A stretch of 51,845 nucleotides of DNA from positions 1 through 51,845 of the forward strand of contig JASFOS010000001.1 in assembly GCA_050116415.1 (NCBI GenBank), given 5' to 3'. A program made the translations under genes and the position numbers. This document shows positions 47,910 through 51,845 of the stretch, piece by piece. The notes beneath the pieces were generated by a model. The model saw only the letters and a list, made by a program, of their open reading frames with translations. It did no database searches and was not told the DNA's origin. The number at the start of each line of letters is the position of its first letter. The stretch's first letter is position 1. Source of the DNA: Thioalkalispiraceae bacterium. GTDB taxonomy: Bacteria > Pseudomonadota > Gammaproteobacteria > UBA6429 > Thiohalophilaceae.

Positions 47910-50555
47910 ATGCGAATGGACTTTATCAATACTTCAATTATCACTATCGCAAAACGTGCACTATTACTTGCCACTGTCTTGACAGTTTCAGCTTGTGGTG
48001 GTGGCAGTTCCGAATCAAGTAGCCTTCCCATTGTGCTGGATGCTCCGATTGCCTATGTAAAACGTCCCCTGCAGTATGATGATAACGGGGACCTGGTAAA
48101 TATTGATATCAGCGATCCTATTGCATTTAATCCCGGCGGTGATCTGTATCTGCGTGACCGGGCTGCGGCCAGCTCAGAAGAAATCAACATTACCTCGTCG
48201 TTCACCGGTGGCATGGGTGATGTCAAAGATGTCGAGTTTTCCTATGACGGCAGTAAGCTGGTATTTGCCATGCGCGCGCCCGATATCCCCAATGCACAGC
48301 CCGAAGATCAACCCAAGTGGGACATCTGGGAATATGATATTGTTACAGCCAGCCTGTCCAGGGTTATCGAGAGTGAAACCCTGGCGCAACAACACCAGGA
48401 TGTCGCGCCACACTACTTACCCGATGGACAAATTGTATTTGCCTCTACCCGCCAACGTGGTAACCAGATCACGCTGCTGGATGAAGGCAAAGGAATTTAT
48501 CCGGGTTTGACTGATAATCGTCAGCAACTGGCGCTGGTATTACACCGCATTGACCCGGACACTGGGGCGATTAGCCAGCTTTCCTATAACCAGAGTCATG
48601 ACTTTGACCCGGTGGTGCTTGATAGCGGGCGGGTCCTGTTCAGTCGCTGGGATAATGCCGGTGGCAGAAACGCGGTCAATCTTTACTCGATCAATCCGGA
48701 TGGCACTGATTTACAGCTTGTCTACGGCGCTCATAGCCATGATACCGGCAGTAACAACAGCATCATCCAGTTTCTTAAAGCCAGGGAGCTGGATAACGGC
48801 GAAGTGGTTTCGATACTGGCACCGTTTAACCGTCAAACCCCGGGCGGTATGTTGACGTCCATCGATATCAATAATTTTATTGATAACAGTACCCCAACCT
48901 GGGTCAACCAGGGACTGACTACCACGGCCCAAACTAACCTGGTTAATACCAACATTCAAACCGATGGCAGCCCCTCACCAGGCGGATTATACGGTGCCGC
49001 CTACCCGCTTCGCGACGGCACCAATCGTTACCTGGTGAGCTGGACGCAGTGCCGCCTGGAAAATACCAATGGGACGATTATTCCCTGTACCCAGGACAAC
49101 CTGGCCGATACCAGTAATGTTGAGGCACCGCCCCTGTTTGGCCTGTATATCTACGACGCCGCTAATAATACCCAGGTACCGGTCACCAGCCCGGTAGAAA
49201 ACATCATGTACACCGACATGGCGGCAGCCTCGCCACGTACCCCACCGGTTTACATCCAGGATAAACAGGCGGGTGATGGTTTAACCCAGGCTTATATTGA
49301 TGAAAATGTCGGGGTGCTTAATATCAAAAGCGTTTACGACATGGATGGTGTTGATAGTACCCCGGCGGGCATCGATGTCATGGCGGACCCGGCGTTAACC
49401 CCGCCAGCTAACCGTCCTGCCCGTTTCCTGCGTATCGTGAAAGCGGTATCGATTCCCGATGATACCTTCCTGGATCTGGATAACGATGCCTATGGAGTCA
49501 GTACCGCACAGGGTATGCGCGAAATCATTGGCTATGCACCCATCGAGCCCGATGGTTCGGTGAAAGTGAAAGTACCGGCTAATGTGCCACTGGCGATCAG
49601 TATTCTTGATGAGAATGGTAAACGGATCAGTCAGCGTCATCAGAACTGGATCCAGGTACAGAAAGGCGAAACGTTGACCTGCAATGGTTGCCATAACCAT
49701 GCCAGTGGCCAACCGCATGGCAGGCCTGATGGTCCACCTGCGGTAAATACCGGGCCACAACTGAATGGATATATTTTCCCGAATACGGATCCTGCGTTAT
49801 GGGCAGATATGGGCGAAACCATGGCCGAGGCCAGGACCCGTCACGATCCTGCGGCGATGACACCCAGCGTTGATATCGTGTTTGATGATGTCTGGACCGA
49901 TAATGACCCGATGGGTGCCAATTTACCAAAGGCTGCCAGTTTTGCTTATCGTTATGCTGACTTGACCACCGCTTCTGCACCCGTAAGCTCGGGGTGTCAA
50001 ACCACCTGGCGGAATATCGATATTTCCCCCGTCTGTCGTACCATCATCAACTACGAAGCGCATATTCATCCTTTATGGAGCCTGGATCGGGGTGCCAATA
50101 CCTGTATCAATTGCCATACTACGGCGGGTGGAACCCAGGTACCCCTGGGTAATACCCAGCTTGACCTGACCGATGGTATCGACCCAACCACGAACCGGGA
50201 AACCGCCTACCAGGAATTACTCGCGGCAGATAACCAGCAGGTGCTCAATGCGGGTACCCTGGAAGATCAACTGATCCAGGATCCGGATGAACCCTTCTTG
50301 CTGGATACCGATGGAAACCAGATTCTCGATACAGACGGAAATCCCATTCCTAACATGATACCGGTGCAAATAGGTCCTGCCATGTCAGCGAATGGTGCTA
50401 TCGCCAGCGCGACATTTTTCAACGTGTTTGAAACCGGTTCCCATGTTGGTTATTTGACCGAGGCCGAATTGAAACTGATCGCCGAATGGCTGGATATTGG
50501 TGCGCAGTATTACAATAATCCCTTCTCGGCCGATCCGGCCCGGTTTGTGAACTGA
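47910..50555 (+). CDS. lipoprotein with TolB/PD40-like beta-propeller and C-terminal double CxxCH region (881 aa; possibly 'HzsA-related' type)
   Basis: Lipobox TVSA|CGGG. PD40-like segments (FSYDGSKLVFAMRAP, YLPDGQIVFASTR, LFSRWDNAGG, YSINPDGTD). CNGCHNH and CINCHTT lie in the last third. Confidence 0.6.
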   Translation: MRMDFINTSIITIAKRALLLATVLTVSACGGGSSESSSLPIVLDAPIAYVKRPLQYDDNGDLVNIDISDPIAFNPGGDLYLRDRAAASSEEINITSSFTGGMGDVKDVEFSYDGSKLVFAMRAPDIPNAQPEDQPKWDIWEYDIVTASLSRVIESETLAQQHQDVAPHYLPDGQIVFASTRQRGNQITLLDEGKGIYPGLTDNRQQLALVLHRIDPDTGAISQLSYNQSHDFDPVVLDSGRVLFSRWDNAGGRNAVNLYSINPDGTDLQLVYGAHSHDTGSNNSIIQFLKARELDNGEVVSILAPFNRQTPGGMLTSIDINNFIDNSTPTWVNQGLTTTAQTNLVNTNIQTDGSPSPGGLYGAAYPLRDGTNRYLVSWTQCRLENTNGTIIPCTQDNLADTSNVEAPPLFGLYIYDAANNTQVPVTSPVENIMYTDMAAASPRTPPVYIQDKQAGDGLTQAYIDENVGVLNIKSVYDMDGVDSTPAGIDVMADPALTPPANRPARFLRIVKAVSIPDDTFLDLDNDAYGVSTAQGMREIIGYAPIEPDGSVKVKVPANVPLAISILDENGKRISQRHQNWIQVQKGETLTCNGCHNHASGQPHGRPDGPPAVNTGPQLNGYIFPNTDPALWADMGETMAEARTRHDPAAMTPSVDIVFDDVWTDNDPMGANLPKAASFAYRYADLTTASAPVSSGCQTTWRNIDISPVCRTIINYEAHIHPLWSLDRGANTCINCHTTAGGTQVPLGNTQLDLTDGIDPTTNRETAYQELLAADNQQVLNAGTLEDQLIQDPDEPFLLDTDGNQILDTDGNPIPNMIPVQIGPAMSANGAIASATFFNVFETGSHVGYLTEAELKLIAEWLDIGAQYYNNPFSADPARFVN

Positions 50556-50648
50556 ATAATCGGTAAAGATATCGCAAATATCTATTGACCTTTTAGATAT
50601 TGATTTTTAAGATATTTTTACCAGAACAACAATGATAAATAATACGCT

Positions 50649-51431
50649 ATGTTTGGTTTTGCCGTAAAACATACCAAACAGCCAATAATTGCCTCTCTAT
50701 TATATATAGCAATTAGTCTGTTTAGTATTTTTCCACAGATCGTGATGGCCAACGAGGCTGAGTTCCAGAAGCTTATCGTTGCCGATCCCTATATCGATAT
50801 GCATACCGGTCCGGGACGTGGCTATCCGATCTTCTACGTGGCGGAACGTGGCGCAGAAATCATCATCTTGAAGAGCAAAACCAGCTGGTACAAGATTCGC
50901 TTGAATAACAATAAGGAAGGCTGGGTGCATCGCGCTCAACTGGAACGCACCCTGACACCAGGTGGTGAGAAAAAAACCTTCAAGTCAGTACAACAGGAGG
51001 ATTATTTAGGTCGCAAGTGGGAAATTGGCGTGCTCAGTGGTGATGCCGATGGTTATGCCACCATGACACTTTATGGGGCCTATAACTTTAACGATGCCAT
51101 GGCGGCTGAATTTTCTGTTTCCCAGTTTCTCGGGGACCTGGCCAGTGGTTATTTATGGAGTATTGACCTGGTTTCGCAACCTTTTCCGGAATGGTGGGTG
51201 TCACCGTTTTTTGCACTGGGGACGGGCCAGATACAGATTACACCCAACACTACCCTGATCCAGTCGCCGGACATCAAGGATAACCAGGCGCATGTTGCAC
51301 TGGGAATAAAAAAATATATCGCGCAACGTTTTTTATTTAGAGCCGAATACCGAAGTTACGTGGTATTCCAGAGTCGCCCTGAAAATGAGGAAATAGAGGA
51401 ATGGAGAGCAGGATTCGCCTTCTTTTTTTAA
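50649..51431 (+). CDS. SH3-domain plus outer-membrane beta-barrel fusion protein
   Basis: Signal peptide (...FPQIVMA|NE). Bacterial SH3-like segment (YIDMHTGPGRGYPIFYVAERGAEIIILKSKTSWYKIRLNNNKEGWVH). Amphipathic beta strands end in ...GFAFFF, a terminal-Phe OMP signature. Confidence 0.65.
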   Translation: MFGFAVKHTKQPIIASLLYIAISLFSIFPQIVMANEAEFQKLIVADPYIDMHTGPGRGYPIFYVAERGAEIIILKSKTSWYKIRLNNNKEGWVHRAQLERTLTPGGEKKTFKSVQQEDYLGRKWEIGVLSGDADGYATMTLYGAYNFNDAMAAEFSVSQFLGDLASGYLWSIDLVSQPFPEWWVSPFFALGTGQIQITPNTTLIQSPDIKDNQAHVALGIKKYIAQRFLFRAEYRSYVVFQSRPENEEIEEWRAGFAFFF

Positions 51432-51845
51432 AGAGTGTTAAAAGTAGTATCGCGTTGTTGATCGCAGTCACCTGCTCAGTAACAGCCAACGCTGCTGAGC
51501 CGTTAACCCAGCGTAATGAACAGGTTATCGAACCCAAACTGGAACGGCGCCAGATAATCACGCCTAAAATTGATACCGAAGATTTTGAGGTGGGCGCTTT
51601 TTTCGGGTTTATGAGTGTTGAAGATTTTGGCGTAAATGCCGTTTATGGTGCCAACCTGACCTATCACATTACCGAAGATTTGTTTGTTGAAGGTCGTGTT
51701 GGCTTTACCAAGACAGAAAAAACCTCTTATGAACGCCTGAGTGGGACGGTCCAGGTATTGACCGATGATCAGCGTGATCTCACTTACTACAATATATCAC
51801 TCGGTTATAACCTGCTGCCCGGTGAAGGTTTCTGGAGTGAAAAGA
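51401..51845 (+). CDS. outer-membrane beta-barrel domain protein (3' end truncated by window edge), not in the ORF track
   Basis: The frame is open from ATG 51401 to the window end. Signal peptide MESRIRLLFLKSVKSSIALLIAVTCSVTANA|AE. Alternating-hydrophobic strands (FEVGAFFGFMSVEDFGVNAVYGANLTYHITEDLFVEGRVGF...YYNISLGYNLLPGEGF). Overlaps the previous gene by 31 nt. Confidence 0.55.
   Translation, partial: MESRIRLLFLKSVKSSIALLIAVTCSVTANAAEPLTQRNEQVIEPKLERRQIITPKIDTEDFEVGAFFGFMSVEDFGVNAVYGANLTYHITEDLFVEGRVGFTKTEKTSYERLSGTVQVLTDDQRDLTYYNISLGYNLLPGEGFWSEK

Overview
Gammaproteobacterial-type chromosomal segment, judged from gene content and order. From 1 to 21.1 kb there are housekeeping genes in two blocks whose order mirrors E. 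coli. Block 1 is clpA-infA-aat ... trxB-ftsK-lolA-rarA-serS. Block 2 is uvrY-uvrC-pgsA-tRNA-Gly(GCC)-tRNA-Cys(GCA)...tRNA-Leu(UAA). Lineage-specific additions are bpt, a FemAB-like DUF482 gene, an LTA-synthase-like sulfatase, ald, crcB/DUF190 and a family-5-like UDG. From 21.1 to 51.8 kb the content is accessory. (i) A 1142-aa lipoprotein (3x FN3-like repeat, PKD, sGDH-type beta-propeller, C-terminal double CxxCH) sits inside the tRNA Gly-Cys-Leu cluster. (ii) A visibly low-GC stretch (~26.6-42.05 kb) carries two convergent operons. The plus-strand operon is a sensor-less MCP, a STAS protein, a REC-PP2C-RsbW-like kinase (HsbR/HsbA-type partner switch), and a radical-SAM/Cys-rich plus two-transferase cassette. 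The minus-strand operon has ten genes: ApbE, secreted and TPR-rich proteins, ExbB, two ExbD paralogs and a TonB-like protein. I consider this ten-gene operon the best candidate for an undescribed system. It looks like a PMF-driven trans-envelope machine resembling the ancestral core of the Myxococcus Agl-Glt/Nfs complexes rather than Ton or Tol-Pal. (iii) A cluster of large lipoproteins with planctomycete-style CxxCH modules, a LamG domain, a DUF1588-like protein and a Tat-signal DUF1501-like protein (42.06-50.56 kb). (iv) Two overlapping outer-membrane beta-barrel genes at the right edge. I found no CRISPR array, integrase, transposase or phage genes. All functional calls rest on motif recognition by eye in the supplied translations, and no database search was run.
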